Below are positions 12,661 to 26,154 of a stretch of 64,000 bases of DNA, one piece after another. This DNA is from Aplysia californica. Lineage: Eukaryota. The position numbers and the translations under genes are program-made. The DNA lies in the NCBI RefSeq assembly GCF_000002075.1, contig NW_004797274.1:108929-172928 (forward strand), read 5' to 3'. Every line of letters begins with the position of its first letter. Positions within the stretch are counted from its first letter, which is position 1. A model generated the notes under the pieces. The model did no database searches and was not told the DNA's origin. It saw nothing but the letters and a program-made list of their open reading frames with translations.

Positions 12661-13246
12661 AACTCTTGGCAGTGCAATGCCTCCCTCAAGTAACCACATG
12701 TCCTTCTCATCTGGTCAATGCCCCATGCCTGAGTAGAGCAGGCTTGGTAAGTCTGTAGGTGGGTGTAGGAGCCTGCGTAAAAAAACTGCCAGGTTTGGGC
12801 CGTGAGGGAGAAGATGTTCAACTGTCTCCTCATGGTAGTCACAGAGAGATCTTCCTGTTTCTGCGTTGGCCCATCTGTTTAGCCACTCGTCTCTGCTTTT
12901 GGCTTGGATGATCCCTCAGCAGGTCTGTAAAGAGGCGGCTGGGGCAGGTTTACTGCAGTCTTTGATAGCTAGTCTGCAGTCTCATTCCCTGGTACTCCAG
13001 AATAGTCAGGCACCCACTGTAGTGTGACCTGAACGCCATAGGAAGTGCCCATCTGTTCTACAAGGCTGAGAATGTTCCCGTCACCTCTGTAGTCTCCTCC
13101 TCCCTCGATAGCGCGGAGTACTGACATTGAGTCAGAGAAGACAACAAATCCCCTGGTGTTACTGCGCCTTCAAAAAAAATCTTGAGTGATCTGCTCCAGG
13201 GTCTTTACTATGGCAACTCTCTCTGCGTCATAGTTGAGCTGTATAT
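12661..13246 (-). mobile_element. Decayed non-LTR RNase H fragment, copy 2
   Basis: Duplicate of 10700-11285. Confidence 0.8.
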
Positions 13247-13347
13247 TCCCCATGGATTTATTACATAGAAAGGACATATTTGGAGACTGGAAGACGGTAT
13301 ACCACACTCAAGTTTTCAGATATATATACACTGAGGAAAATACTTAC

Positions 13348-13536
13348 GGCAGCAATAGTAGTTCCCAGTTGAGCAGGAGACATGGTCACATCCACACCAG
13401 CAGACTTCAGAGCAGCAATTTTTTCATCTGCTCCTCCTTTACCTCCAGCAATGATGGCACCAGCATGCCCCATCCTCCTGCCTGGGGGAGCGGTCAGGCC
13501 AGCAATGAAGGACACAACAGGTTTCGCATTTGGTCC
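13348..13536 (-). CDS. SUCLG1: SUCLG1 exon 8 (contains the catalytic phospho-His in MGHAG)
   Basis: [63 protein letters not shown]; CAG/GTAAGT boundaries, 189 nt. Confidence 0.97.
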
Positions 13537-13869
13537 CTGGATATAATAAAAAGGGAAAGTGTTAAACAATAGTGATCACAATAATGGTCTGCATGTATTA
13601 AGTGCATTTCCACTCTGTGAATGCTCAATGGGTATTACAGTGAAGATTACAGGAACAAATACACTTATTCATCCATGGTCTCTCTCATGCACAAAGGTGT
13701 ATCCTTGCGTGAACTTGTAGATATGCCACTCTTAAAGCTTGTTCACACGCTCACTTCATTTAGAAGGTTCATTCCAAACCAAAATGATCAGTGCCCCATA
13801 GTACTTATAAACAGCAGATGATTTTACTAAGACTGCTTTGATGAAGACCTTGGGGCTCTTGGTTAAGTA

Positions 13870-14040
13870 CAGTGGAAACCATATATAACAGGCCCGGTAA
13901 TAACAGGGATCCGGTAATAACAGGGATTTTTTAAATCCCCATTTTTTCCTTCTCTTTGTCTCTATTAAAAGTTATCGGCAATAACAGGGCCTCATCGGAG
14001 CCCAACCGGTTATAGCAGGGACAAAGGCTCGTTAACAATG
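13870..14040. mobile_element. pogo/Tigger-like MITE end (partial)
   Basis: TA-CAGTGGAAACC terminus followed by repeated ATAACAGG subterminal motifs; other end not found. Confidence 0.45.
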
Positions 14041-14315
14041 GGTAAAAAGTAAGAGAGAGAGAGAGAGAGTAACACAGTGATGGAGCAATCCCACGCAAGC
14101 CATGCCACTGCAAGCACACGCAGCGCGTGAAGCGAGAGAGGGCTGCGGTGTGCTGCCAACCTCGATCTAGCCCGAAACCTAGCAACACGCACGCGTAATG
14201 TGGCAATTATCAGTGTTGGAAAAGATCTGTGACTGTGAGAAGAACAAAACCTGAAAGGAATAATTCCTAATTAATGTATTGATTGGAAAGAGAGTATTCA
14301 TCATATAAAACTTAC

Positions 14316-14389
14316 ACTGTTATTCTGTTTCAGGTACTCGGCTGCATTTTCTTCTGCAGAACCACCAATTTCACCAATGAGCACAATGC
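14316..14389 (-). CDS. SUCLG1: SUCLG1 exon 7
   Basis: (G)[24 protein letters not shown]; canonical splice sites, phase 1 to 0. Confidence 0.96.
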
Positions 14390-14551
14390 CTGAAAGAAAA
14401 GTAACCCTGATTATAAAATATGAATTCAAAATTTCATTTGAAGTCATGAACGTTGTTTGTGAAGTAAATGCTTGTCAACTCTGTCATGTTTAAAAATAAA
14501 ATTCAGTTTCAGTTTGTTTTTCTACAACTCATGCAGGTGGCTATTCTACTA

Positions 14552-15292
14552 CAGTGGGTGTCACATTCAACAAGGTCACATTCAACGAGAAGTCGGCTCC
14601 AACTAAGCAATCCTTAATCCCCGAATTTTTCCTCTATATCTTTTTGTAAATGTACGTTGGCTCCAACGAGGTTGCAAACAGACCGAAGTCGCTTTCAACG
14701 AGGTTGCAATAATCAAATAAAAGCAATTAGCAGCCCCAAAAGCGAAGAATTTTTCTCCTTTCTCTCCATCTCACATGAAGCACAAGGCCCATCATCGATT
14801 CCAAACACATTGTATTGCTAGATCTAGTGTGCTTCCTAATATGGGCCCCAAAGCCAAGTGGATGGGCGCGGGTTAGCCTACGGTAGGGATGGGAGGGGAG
14901 GGGGTGGGTGGAAACACGATGCGGGCTGTGTGAAACTGGATGAACTCTAGATGGGTAGATCTAGGTCATTTTTTTTTCAATTTTCTTTCCTTCCCCTGAT
15001 CAGAAAATCCAAGCTCCCACCTTTCCTTTATGTAGATAAAATAGGCCTAGATGTGAGAGGTATGTTTTCACACAAGAAGTGCTCCCGAAAAAGTATTTTA
15101 AAATTCAGAAATGACGGTCAGAACACAGCCAACACTAATGCTGTTTGAAATTTTCGTCATCAGGGGGAACAGCATAATAATAATAACTTGTCTCCTCTCT
15201 TTTCTTTAGCCTTAGTCAAATTCAACGAGAGGTCGGATCCAACGAGGACAATAAGCCGGTCCCAGCAACCTCGTTGAATGTGACACCCACTG
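14552..15292. mobile_element. Tc1/mariner-pogo-type MITE
   Basis: TA TSDs (14550-14551, 15293-15294); TIR CAGTGGGTGTCACATTCAAC(A/G)AGG at both ends. Confidence 0.88.
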
Positions 15293-15366
15293 TAACAAAA
15301 ACTTAAAACATTAAAAACTATGTATTACTACTTGCAGACACAGAAAAAGGTAACAGCTTAAATCAC

Positions 15367-15528
15367 CTTCTGTTTGTGGGTCATTCAGGAAGACCTCTAA
15401 ACAGTCAATGAAGTTGGTGCCATTGAATGGATCTCCACCAATTCCCACACACAAAGACTGTCCAAGTCCAGCCAAAGTGGTCTGATGAACAGCTTCATAA
15501 GTCAGGGTACCAGAACGCGAAACAATTC
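15367..15528 (-). CDS. SUCLG1: SUCLG1 exon 6
   Basis: (G)[53 protein letters not shown]; canonical splice sites. Confidence 0.97.
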
Positions 15529-16353
15529 CTGAAGTTAAAAAACAGATGCAATGTTCAACACTACAACAAAAACTCAGTCTAAATGTTAGTACGACAAAGT
15601 TTTATGTTTTCAAAGGCAATTTATGGGAAGCAAAGATATTTCTAAATTTTCTCCTGGTTCTTTTTTTAAGATATAAAAGTGATTGAACTGCACTTTTCAA
15701 GGGGCAGCCATCCCTAAATGTGAGTTGCATTTTGCCTGAATCACTCCCATCTGCCTGCCATCTTGACTTCCTTTTTAAAAAAACAAAGATCAACCTTTGA
15801 TAATATAAGCTATAATTGCAGACTCAAAAGACAGACAGATCCATGTGTCTCTAACAGCTATTTCTGGAAGACAAAAGGAGTCTCCTTTAACAATATTAGT
15901 GAAATGCTCCATGTTTGTATTTATAGGATTATCAAAAGTCAGTCAAATATGTAAATGAATTGAAAAGAATCTGTGATTTGTGTCAAAAATAAATAACTGC
16001 TCAATATCCATTACTTGTCACAGTTACAACAGCCTTATCAAATTTATAACTTTATGTAAAGTGACTGTCTGCAGTTCAAATTTGAACCAGTAGGTCATGC
16101 AACTCATATAGCTGTCATCCCTACCAACTAGCCTAAAATTACTCAAATATTAGGTACACTTTGTAGAGCTGAATGTACCTCGATATGAATTAGAAATGAG
16201 ATCAATTTCATAGTAAACAATGTTTTTTCCCTCTTTGCATATATGTAAATATATGAGAAAAAAAATCTTTTTGTTAAAATATATCTCTAGACAGTCACAG
16301 TAAAAATAGGTCACATATACAAGTGAGACCAACTGTTGCTTCAAATCAAAATA

Positions 16354-17040
16354 CAGTAAAGCAGGGATAAGTCGAACACAGAAGACTCAAAATCACGCAT
16401 CTGTCAAACTGTGCCTGTGTCCCATTTTTTTTCTCTTTTGTCTTTGTAAGAAAATTACGCGAGGCTCTAAGACAAACACGAACTAGTCTTACTAATTACG
16501 CCGCCGTAGATGTCTAAAGTCAATGTCCTCTGAGGTGCTCTTTAGACAAAATAATAAAAACAATAATAATAATAATAAACAGAGAAAAGTGAGGCTTGGT
16601 AAAATATCACCTTTCCCCCTCCACAGAAGCAGCTAGATCTAGTTGTGCTATTTTTAGAGCGCTGCTCGACACATGCAGAGACCGTAAATACAGTATTTAT
16701 TATCAATAGACACAGGTGCCATAAGCTTATCCTATCAATTGTTTATGCTTTGAAAATTTTGAAAAAAGAACATTCAATTAATGCAGACTCAATAAACACT
16801 GTTCACACTGACCCACACAATTAAACTGTCTTGGTACCGGTTGGCTCACTACATCTACCGATTGAACTCAAAAGCTTCGCGCATCGTGTTTCTCTTTCTC
16901 AATCTGTCAAATTTTTGTTCCTTCCCTTCATTCTGACTAAGCCGATGCCATAACACTGTTCACGTATCCCTTGAACTACGGATCCCTGGAATTACCCAAG
17001 CCATTCCCGACGAATTCGAGCTATCCATGTTGTAACACTG
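16354..17040. mobile_element. Degenerate pogo-like MITE
   Basis: TA-CAGTAAAGCAGGGATAAGTCGAA ... TTCGAGCTATCCATGTTGTAACACTG-TA imperfect TIRs. Confidence 0.55.
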
Positions 17041-18376
17041 TACAATCAAAAACCTTTTCATTGATACAACACTTATTGAGTTGACCCTCACAATAATTCG
17101 TAAATCATTTTTAAAAATCTACAACAATTATCTCTAACTTGAACAAAACTGATGAACTGTTGATAATATTCAGAGGCACAAATCATTTCATGTGACAAAA
17201 ATACATTATTTCTATAAGGAAAAAAAAAAGAGAACATTCATTGAAGTATGATCAGAAATTGCTACTTACAGCTGTTAAAGTTAAGGTGGCCAATGCCTTA
17301 CTTTAAAGTCACTTCCCCAACTGTCAGGTTGATCTGTTTTTAAAAGTGTATCTGACACAGGTTGGGAAAGAAACCCAGATAACTGTTAAAAGTAGCCCCA
17401 TTCAAAGTAGAAAAACTACAGTCACAACTTTTTTTCCCGTCCATTGCCCATTTCTATGATATTGACGCCATCTGATAAGTAGAAAAATGTGTGTATGATA
17501 GAGTCCAATAGTGTATTATGTACATATTTGTTATCACATGTGACTGTTACATATAGATGTTCAAGATAATTATATGTATGTGAAGGACCTGAGAGCAATG
17601 ATGATTTTTTTAAATGATGGTGGTGGTGGTGATAAGTGATGATGTGCCTTCCTTTCTTCTCTTTCTTTTCTTTTTTACAAGTCTGATGTTAACGGTCAAA
17701 ANNNNNNNNNNNNNNNNNNNNNNNNNNNNNNNNNNNNNNNNNNNNNNNNNNNNNNNNNNNNNNNNNNNNNNNNNNNNNNNNNNNNNNNNNNNNNNNNNNN
17801 NNNNNNNNNNNNNNNNNNNNNNNNNNNNNNNNNNNNNNNNNNNNNNNNNNNNNNNNNNNNNNNNNNNNNNNNNNNNNNNNNNNNNNNNNATTGTGCGTAA
17901 GCTGTCATGGGCAAACAAGTAACTGAGTTTCCATGTACAACACAGACCTTTGTACAAAGGTCAGTTCATTACATTATCCATGAAACCATTAATTTAGACC
18001 CATTATTTCCAGTAAACCTCAAGGTATGACTGATCAGATAATCTGATACGACAGTGAGATCATCCAAACAGACACTTCAAATTTCCTCCGTAATTTTAGA
18101 TCAACACCTGTTTCAGCTGACTCATCTTTGAACCAAGCATAACAACATTCTCCACTTTCACCTGGAAATGATGACAGAAGAGCCACAGTCAGAAGTACAC
18201 TGACACCATCATCATTGCACAAGTAAGGCGAGGGAGGTTCAACAATAAAATTAATCAATAAGATATGCGACAGCATAAAGGCTAGCTCTGCCAACAATTC
18301 ACATAATTTCCACATTAAAAAAAGTAAGAGAAAAGTATGTTGCCATGAGTATCAGGTATCACAAATATTTTCCTAC

Positions 18377-18434
18377 CTATTTTTCCAGGCATATGTATAT
18401 GTCCAGGCATGATACCAATTTTACACAAACCAGG
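18377..18434 (-). CDS. SUCLG1: SUCLG1 exon 5
   Basis: PGLCKIGIMPGHIHMPGKI(G); 58 nt, canonical splice sites. Confidence 0.96.
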
Positions 18435-18884
18435 CTGAAAAGAAAAACAGTTTAAAATTATAAAGCCAACCGTAAAAAGTTCTCACACTCACCTAATTCT
18501 TCTCTAAACAAAATACGACAAACTTAAACGAAATTCATGTACACAACAAAGGTAACTCTTCAGCAAAGGAAAAGATTTCCTCACCATAAAAAACCCATCA
18601 AAACACATATACAAAAACAAGTACATGTGAAATTGAAAAATTTGAGAAACTTTCACTAAAGAGAATTTATACTTAATAACCAAGGATCAAAAGACAAATG
18701 ATTTTAAAAATTTTTCAATTTGCTTATTAAAAATGTACCTAATATTATTTTATGTCCATGCACAACTCTTGAAACGAAAACTAATGGATTGTTTTGGAAA
18801 AAGTAAAAAAAACAACAGAAATATTTAAAATTCACAATTCATTTAATAAATGGAGGCCATTTTGAAATATAATGTTATACTAAC

Positions 18885-19097
18885 CTTGATGATGCCAGGA
18901 CAATTGGGGCCTATCAGACGAGTTTTACTCTGCCTCACAAGCCTGTGCTTCACCCGCACCATGTCTTGCTGAGGGATTCCTTCTGTGATGCAAACAACCA
19001 AGGGTATTTCAGCATCCATGGCCTCCATGACAGCTGCTGCAGCGAATGGAGGAGGAACAAAGACAACCGAAGCTGTTGCCCCTGTAGCATCTTTAGC
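18885..19097 (-). CDS. SUCLG1: SUCLG1 exon 4
   Basis: [26 protein letters not shown]...[12 protein letters not shown]; 213 nt. Confidence 0.97.
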
Positions 19098-20020
19098 CTG
19101 AGGATTGAAAAACCCATGGGTCACTTATCCTCATGAAGATAAAATGTTTCTCCCAATAAGACAAACCATTTGCAAGAGAAAAGCAAAGTTAAGTAAAGTC
19201 TTGATTTTTTAAATGTTAACACTGAATTAATCTTTATTTTTACATTATCATGACAGGAAGCAATTCACCAAAGAAAAGTACTCAAAACAATGCATTCAGT
19301 CAGTAAACTATATCACAACAAGGTGCTCCAAATGCTTACATCAGTCATGAACAACAACAGAAGCAATTAGTTGATGAACAGTAATACAAACTTATAGCTT
19401 GTTCAGTTTCGTCTGTCCATGTTTAAAATAATTCTACTTCATCTATTAATTTGCCAACGTGCATGCATCGCACTCCTGTAGGCCAGCAACCAAACAAAAA
19501 TGTTGGGGTTTTTATTACTTTGATCCAGTAATAAAAAAGGTTCTTCATTTGGGCTTCATTTCAAATAGCATCCTTTCAGCAGACACACAGGATCACTTAA
19601 ATAAATTATTTACAGCAACCTAGCCTTCCAATTGCTCATTTTGGGAAAGTGATACCACTCTATCGTGACATTTAAGTGGACGCTTGTAAATTTTCCCCCA
19701 ATCAAGACAAGAGTCTTGAAAAGTACTCACTTATCTGTTGGACTGTGTTTCATAGGCATATAAGTTAAAATGTGGTGGTGATAAAAATACATCAACCTTT
19801 TTTCTGTTTCAGGTGTATGCAGTAAATCCTCTATATTTTTTTACCAACTTCAGGCTTATGTCAAAGAAAACATTAGGTCCATAAACCATCACGTCTATAT
19901 TTTAACTGACTGCACAAGAGCTTTTCACATGAGTTAATCCCATACCACTGCACCATTATTAAACAAAGCAGAATATGAGCTGAAGTACACATGGGAAATA
20001 GTCCATTGCACAATCAATAC

Positions 20021-20137
20021 CTCTTTGACTGAAGCGAAGACTGGTAAGCCAAGATGCTCTGTTCCAGCCTTAGCTGGTGAGACTCCTCCTACAAGCTTCG
20101 TTCCATACTCAAGGGCTTGTTGACTGTGAAATGTGCC
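20021..20137 (-). CDS. SUCLG1: SUCLG1 exon 3
   Basis: [39 protein letters not shown]; 117 nt. Confidence 0.97.
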
Positions 20138-20883
20138 CTAGGAGAAACAAAGCAAGCACAATTCTAAAAATCCCAAAGAATTATAGAAATGATATGATTA
20201 CTGCTGACAAAAAATTAAAAGCTATTACTAAGGTGCAAAATTGAATATACTTTTACTTTCCTTTTACATCGTAAACTGAAAATGGAATAAAAGAGCAGGC
20301 GGACAGGAGCAAAACTAGAAAAAGCAGTTCAAGATACATAAGTTTAAGGTCAAAATGGACGTGCGAAGTGTCAGAGATATTAAAAATCTGTGTAGCCCGA
20401 TAACAAGAGACTGAACCAATCAAAAACCATTTAACAACTGATTCTGTTCGGTGCAACTCCAATATAATGTGCTTATCTGTTTTGTGTAGATGAGCATGAA
20501 GTAGTATGAAAATTTAGTCTCTGCTAGTCCACACCACCTTCACTCCTTTAGTACACGCACAGCACCATTACTTTATCTAGAAAATTAATATTTTTCTTTA
20601 CATTTTAATTTACAGAGAGTACACAACAATCAACAAATTCTTTGGCTCTTTTCAAAATAATATAAAAGCTTTGAAAACAATGTCTCTTTGGCAAAAAGTA
20701 AGAAGTTTAACTTTAAATTGTTTTAAAGAGCGAGAGAATTGAAACAAATACAGCGCATTATTTACCTTCTGTTTTAATCAAAATGAAAAACATCTTTATC
20801 TACAATCAAAATTTCCTTTTAATTCCCTAAATTTTCAAACGTGACTGACATTATCATACAACACTGATTATATTTCTACATAC

Positions 20884-20987
20884 CTGTTTTCCCGTGAAAC
20901 CTTGACAAATAACTTTTGTGTTTTCATCAAGCATTAAATTTTGCCTTGAAGCAGTGTAGACACTTCTCACAGCAGGACGAAACAAAC
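20884..20987 (-). CDS. SUCLG1: SUCLG1 exon 2
   Basis: (G)[34 protein letters not shown]; 104 nt. Confidence 0.95.
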
Positions 20988-21766
20988 CTGTGATGGAAAG
21001 CATTGATTTCATAAAAATGATGCAAGACAGTATTAACAAAATAAAAATTTTTCACAATAGAAAAAAAGACTCATCATCAACTGACCTGAAAAACAAAAGT
21101 CAATGCATAAAACTAGACTATTCCAAATCTAAGCCCAAGCATTATTATAATGTAGAGGTGAAACTGCCACATAAATTATTTTTAAAAATTCGGGCAAGTC
21201 CAAAATCTGAACCTACATTAAGTGCCCTGACACATTAGAAGAAATTTTGTTCAAAAGTGAACTTCAAGAATAATAGATCTTGCCCACCATGTGCATTTAG
21301 CATGACTACTTAAAGCATATAGGGCCTGGACCATTATTTGCTTAAAAGACCGCCACTACAGTAGTAACTAATTGACGACAGCCTTGCTGTCACTGCATCT
21401 CTGAATATCTCAACAACATGACATGAAAAAGAAAAATCAAATTCTACATTAATTATTCAAATCACCTTGGGAATTTTGTTTTAAATGGACGTACATACAT
21501 GGTACACATTAATACATAAATCATAAATGCATACAAATGATATACAATTCAATCCCAAACATAGACAATCCACACATTGTCATTGCTCATCACCACTGTG
21601 CAGTTCCTGGTTTTTGAGCTAGGGTTATCTTGAGTAGGTGGCCCTAGAACAGGTTTGACAGTAGATAGGACTATATAATTTACAAATTATAAAAATTAAT
21701 TTGTGCAGAGATTTTTATTGTGAGTGAGTATGACAAGATTGTCACTGGTGATTGCAGCATATAATA

Positions 21767-22634
21767 CAGTCCAACCTGCCTTAACGAAAACCTGTGTAAA
21801 ACGGAAACCTGTCTTAAAGGAATCTCCCCGCTCCCCCCTTGATATATCTCTCTTTAATTACCTGTATAAAACGGAAACCTGTCCAACGCTGAAACGGAAA
21901 GAAAAATCCGCTCCCTTCCGAGGGTTTCACCTGTCTAAGACGGAAAATGCTTTGCCCGCTCAGCCCTGATTTGAAACGAAACTCGCAAGTTTGGTTCCGC
22001 TGGCTCTGAACTTAACGCCATGGCCATGCCGCTGGGCGAGGAAGGGGAGTAGGGGTGCAATAAGGGGGTAGATGTTACCCCATTATGTGAGCCTTGAGCG
22101 ATGCAGATGGTCAGTGTAGTGTGGGTGTGAAATCTCACGACTGCCCGTGAGAGTGCTCGGGTAGCGAACCACTAAGAAAACCTTCCTGGGTAGCCAGAAG
22201 ACAGAGGTGTGAAATTAGAGTGTCCAATGCCTGCCGCCCTGATCGTACGGCCAGCCGAGAAAAGAGTTCCTCAAATCGTTGTTACAACAACGATGGCAGT
22301 GAGGGGTGGCATTGGTGGGTGGGGCTAAGGGTGGAAGCAAATGAGATGTTGAAACCTTTCTGTTTTTAATAGGTCAAACCGTGGTCCTATGAAAGGCAAG
22401 CACTGGTGGTAATTGGATACGTAAGACTGACGCATGTCATTATCAGACAGGATAGCAGCTGAGAAGTGTGAAGTTTTGATCACTGCTTGCCGATCGGACA
22501 AGCGATCCTTGATCCCACCGGCTGGGCCTTTTAACCCCCACCCCCCAACCTCCACCTCCCCCACTAAATTCCCATGTCTAAGACGAAATTTTTTCTCCGC
22601 TCCCTTGCGATTCCGTCTTACACAGGTTCGACTG
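21767..22634. mobile_element. pogo-like MITE in SUCLG1 intron 1
   Basis: TA-CAGTCCAACCTG ... CAGGTTCGACTG-TA; repeated ACCTGT..AAACGGAA subterminal motifs. Confidence 0.75.
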
Positions 22635-23967
22635 TACCTCCAAGTGTTAACTAAGCAAGTGGCTATTCTACGGCGTCATGTCCGTCAATAAATCGATGGC
22701 TTTTCTCTGGCATCACGTATAGTTGCAGATGTCACTTTTCCACAGCTTTTCATCTCCCCTGTTGGCATGTGGCCATTATTGTTGCAACTGAGTTCAGGGC
22801 CAGATGCGCCTTCTTGTACTTCTGCTGGTGCTGTCACCTCTGACACAGAAATTCCTCCTCCTTCCATCTGTCACTGGAGCTTTCATTGAGTATTGGAAGT
22901 GTGTCCACCTATAGTGAATCGCATTCTGAAGAAATGTCGACCCTGATGAGTGTTTGTGTGTAAGGCCATAACACGGGAGATGAAAGGAAACTTTTTGAGA
23001 AGCGACATGTGCAACTAGACCAATACGTGACGCCAGATAATAACCATCAATCTGTTGACCAGCACTACACCAGAGAATAGCCACGTGCTAACTATAAAAG
23101 AGAGGTATTTCAACAGAGAAACAGAGGTGTGTATCTTGTCTCATCGTACACTTAACCAGGCAGCTGTTCCATTATTTTAAACCGTGACTACTCCATGGTA
23201 AATTAATGTGTAAGTGAGGACTACAGACAAACAGAGGTCTTTTCACATTAAAAAATCATAACTTAGATCTGGTAACTACAGTAGCAGGAGAGAAACTAAA
23301 GTCCATAACGTGTTTGTTATGATTCAGCTTAGTCACAAATCTTTCTTCTTTGTCTTCTGTCGGCACTCCTCGGGAATAGTGGTCCCTGATGTAAACACAA
23401 AAAACAGATACGAAAACTGCTGATAAAAAACAATATCGTGTAAACTTTGTAGCATGGTCTTACACACTCTTGAACTGAAACTGAAATGAAATCTTAGCGA
23501 AGACAAGAAGTCAAAATGACTCAAAAAAGCAGATTTTTATATTCACTGGTACATTATAAGACCATGGTCATGACTCTACTGTAAATTTGGCCTACTAAAA
23601 AAGATTTGTTTTTCATCAGCGGTATCCTCACGTTTCCGTTTTTCTGTGTTTACATCAGAGACCACAATTCCCAAGAAGCGCCCTTCGCCTTCTGTCTTAT
23701 GTTATGTTTAATTTCGTCCTCTCCTCTGCTAACACTACACAAAACTCTAGATCTAGACCTATACTCTGACTTAAGAGCTTTTCCACACACAGTTTCAGTC
23801 ACCCACACAGTGATCTTGCATTTTCCAGACCAGAATTCAAATTGGGTCAAACACAACTGAGCTCACAATTCTATCAACCAATAACCTTTCAACTGGACTG
23901 ACTTTTCAAGTCTTAAAAAAAAACAGTCAGCGGTGTTGTGAATCTTAACTTTACTGAAAGCCCCAAA

Positions 23968-24075
23968 GTCTAGATCTAATCTAGATCTAGATATATAGAT
24001 CTAAGTATTCTAATTTAGATTCTAGATATATAGATCTAGATTCTAGATCTAAGTCTAAGTCACTAAGTCTAAGGT
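23968..24075. repeat. TAGATC/CTAAGT-rich low-complexity palindromic tract near the SUCLG1 5' end
   Basis: Direct reading. Confidence 0.8.
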
Positions 24076-24266
24076 CCAGTCCTGTGGTCCATATTTTCAT
24101 CAGATTTGCGTGTCCGATGCAGATTCCAATTAGAAGTTTGGAAAAAGCCTCTTTGCAGAAAAAGTCTTACTTGAAAGTCTAAAAACAAAATATAAAAGTT
24201 GGCATTTAATGTAAGAAAGGATAGCGAATATAATCAATAGCAAAATAGGACCTGAAGGATACATAC

Positions 24267-24303
24267 CGGGCAACCTTGCGAGCACCTTGCTAGAAGCCGC
24301 CAT
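24267..24303 (-). CDS. SUCLG1: SUCLG1 exon 1 (start of mitochondrial presequence MAASSKVLARLP)
   Basis: ATG at 24303 in AAGATGG context; G|GTATGT donor is phase 1 and matches exon 2; joined CDS is 326 aa. Confidence 0.88.
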
Positions 24304-24307
24304 CTTG
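24296..24307 (-). promoter_or_regulatory. YY1 consensus site overlapping the SUCLG1 start codon
   Basis: CAAGATGGCGGC matches the YY1 consensus; such sites are common at housekeeping gene starts. Confidence 0.5.
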
Positions 24308-26154
24308 GTGCAGTACACAGTAGCGTATGAGTTCAAGGTTACGAGTCGTGTTGAAACTAAAAGTATACTTCACTCATACTTCACCGAAACAAATCAAAGA
24401 AATGATTTTTTTCTGGAGCGCTTTTATAGTGTGGTCATAAATTTACACAACTAGATCTAGATCTAGGCTATAAACAATTCGCCAGTTAACAATTTTTTAA
24501 TCAAAACCTCCTCAACTATCGAACACAAACTCCCCAGCTTCTGCACAATAACTTAAATTGTGCCCGCAATTTTTTTTTACCAACGGATCGAGGGGTTTCT
24601 ACAGATTCTAAAAGGTTGATTAGACCTACGTATAGGCCCTACTATCATGAGCTGGGTCAATAGCACTTTTCTTTTAAATGCAAGTCCATCATTTCTTTTA
24701 ATCGCGACACTCTGCTAGGCCTACTCTAAAAAGATTGTTTGAAGAACCGCACATAATCAGTCCCAGCGTTATCAAGAGTGACGGCACCTTTCGTACGTGT
24801 CACCACAATACGTGAGGCCTACTCTTCCTGCATCATCATGTGTTATAACATAATGTATAATATTCTGCTCCTCATCAGGCGAATTATAAAGTAGGTCAGC
24901 AACAATTCCTTACAATTGCACTTGTCATTTATCAGGAGATCGTATTTATGAGTGGGCTCAACTTTTGCCACTAAAAATTGTAATCGGTGAGCAGTCACGC
25001 GCCTGCAAAAAAATGTGTGTGAGAAGCGGGAATTAGTGCTTGGAACACTCCTTTTTTCAGTGTAACGGGACATTTGTAGTATTTTATATAATTTATTATG
25101 AAGAAAAGTTGGGTGGGGAGGGGGTTGTTCGTTAAAAAAAAATCTCAATTGTAGTGGGGGAAATTATTATGATAACATACGTGTAGTTGAGACAAATGGG
25201 CTAGAAGACACAAACTGCTGTGTAAAGTACGTCTGTGGATGACATTGATTCGCCTGCTAAAGAGATTTTGAGGATAAGTTTAAGGGCCACCAAATGTTTA
25301 CCGCACAGAAAGTTCGGATCTTTATCTTTTTACTCATTACTTATTATAAATTCAATTGTCTCAGTGTCTCAATGACATGCAATTTCGATGGCGGAGCAGG
25401 GGAATCCCTCTTACAAGACCTTGAGCCATGAGCTGAGGTCGAAACTATGGCCCTTTTCTACCTCTTGACGGATAGTCTTATTTGGCAGTGTGCTTAACAT
25501 TTCAGCTTTTCAATGGAAGAAGATTGCCCAAATAGACTTGCTACTCTACCAGCTCTCTGACTCTAGGCCTACTTTCCTCCATTCAGTATCTTCATTGACA
25601 ATCCAAAGGAGAGACGGGGTTAGGGGCGGCTAGTGATTTGCAGTAGAGGAATGCTGACCAGCTGTACTGTATTTCATTATGACCCACGAAACCGCTGAAA
25701 TGGATAGAAACTGACTCGAACGGCACGGAACAAAATTTTTTAAGAGACACTTTTATTATATTAGAAAACAATTAACTGAAAGTGCGAAATAACAATAATC
25801 CCTGCTCCCCCCCCCCCCCCCCCCCGGGAACTTCACTCAATTAAAGACTTTTCTTTCCACACACCCGGCTACATATTAAGTCTAGACGTTCACTATCATG
25901 TAAAAATATTAAACGTATGTGATGATTTAATGTCAACTAACACCTTGCACCTTGACGCTGTCCTATGCAGATCAAGTTAAGAATCAGGTACGATACAATG
26001 ACACCTCACGTAGGCTATGTTATGCCTAGCCTTCCCCACACTCCCACGCGCGTTGGACTAAGGGTGCCGGTTCAGCAATAGACAGTCAAAAAAACCCAGA
26101 AACATCCCAATATAGCCCTTCCACAATTGTAACCAGTCGTAAACCCGGCCTTCA

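Larger units (their letters stand above)
9597..13496. repeat. Tandem duplication: unit 1 9597-11535, unit 2 11536-13496
   Basis: Near-identical units with a few SNPs and one 22-nt indel; TCA microhomology at the junction. Confidence 0.95.
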
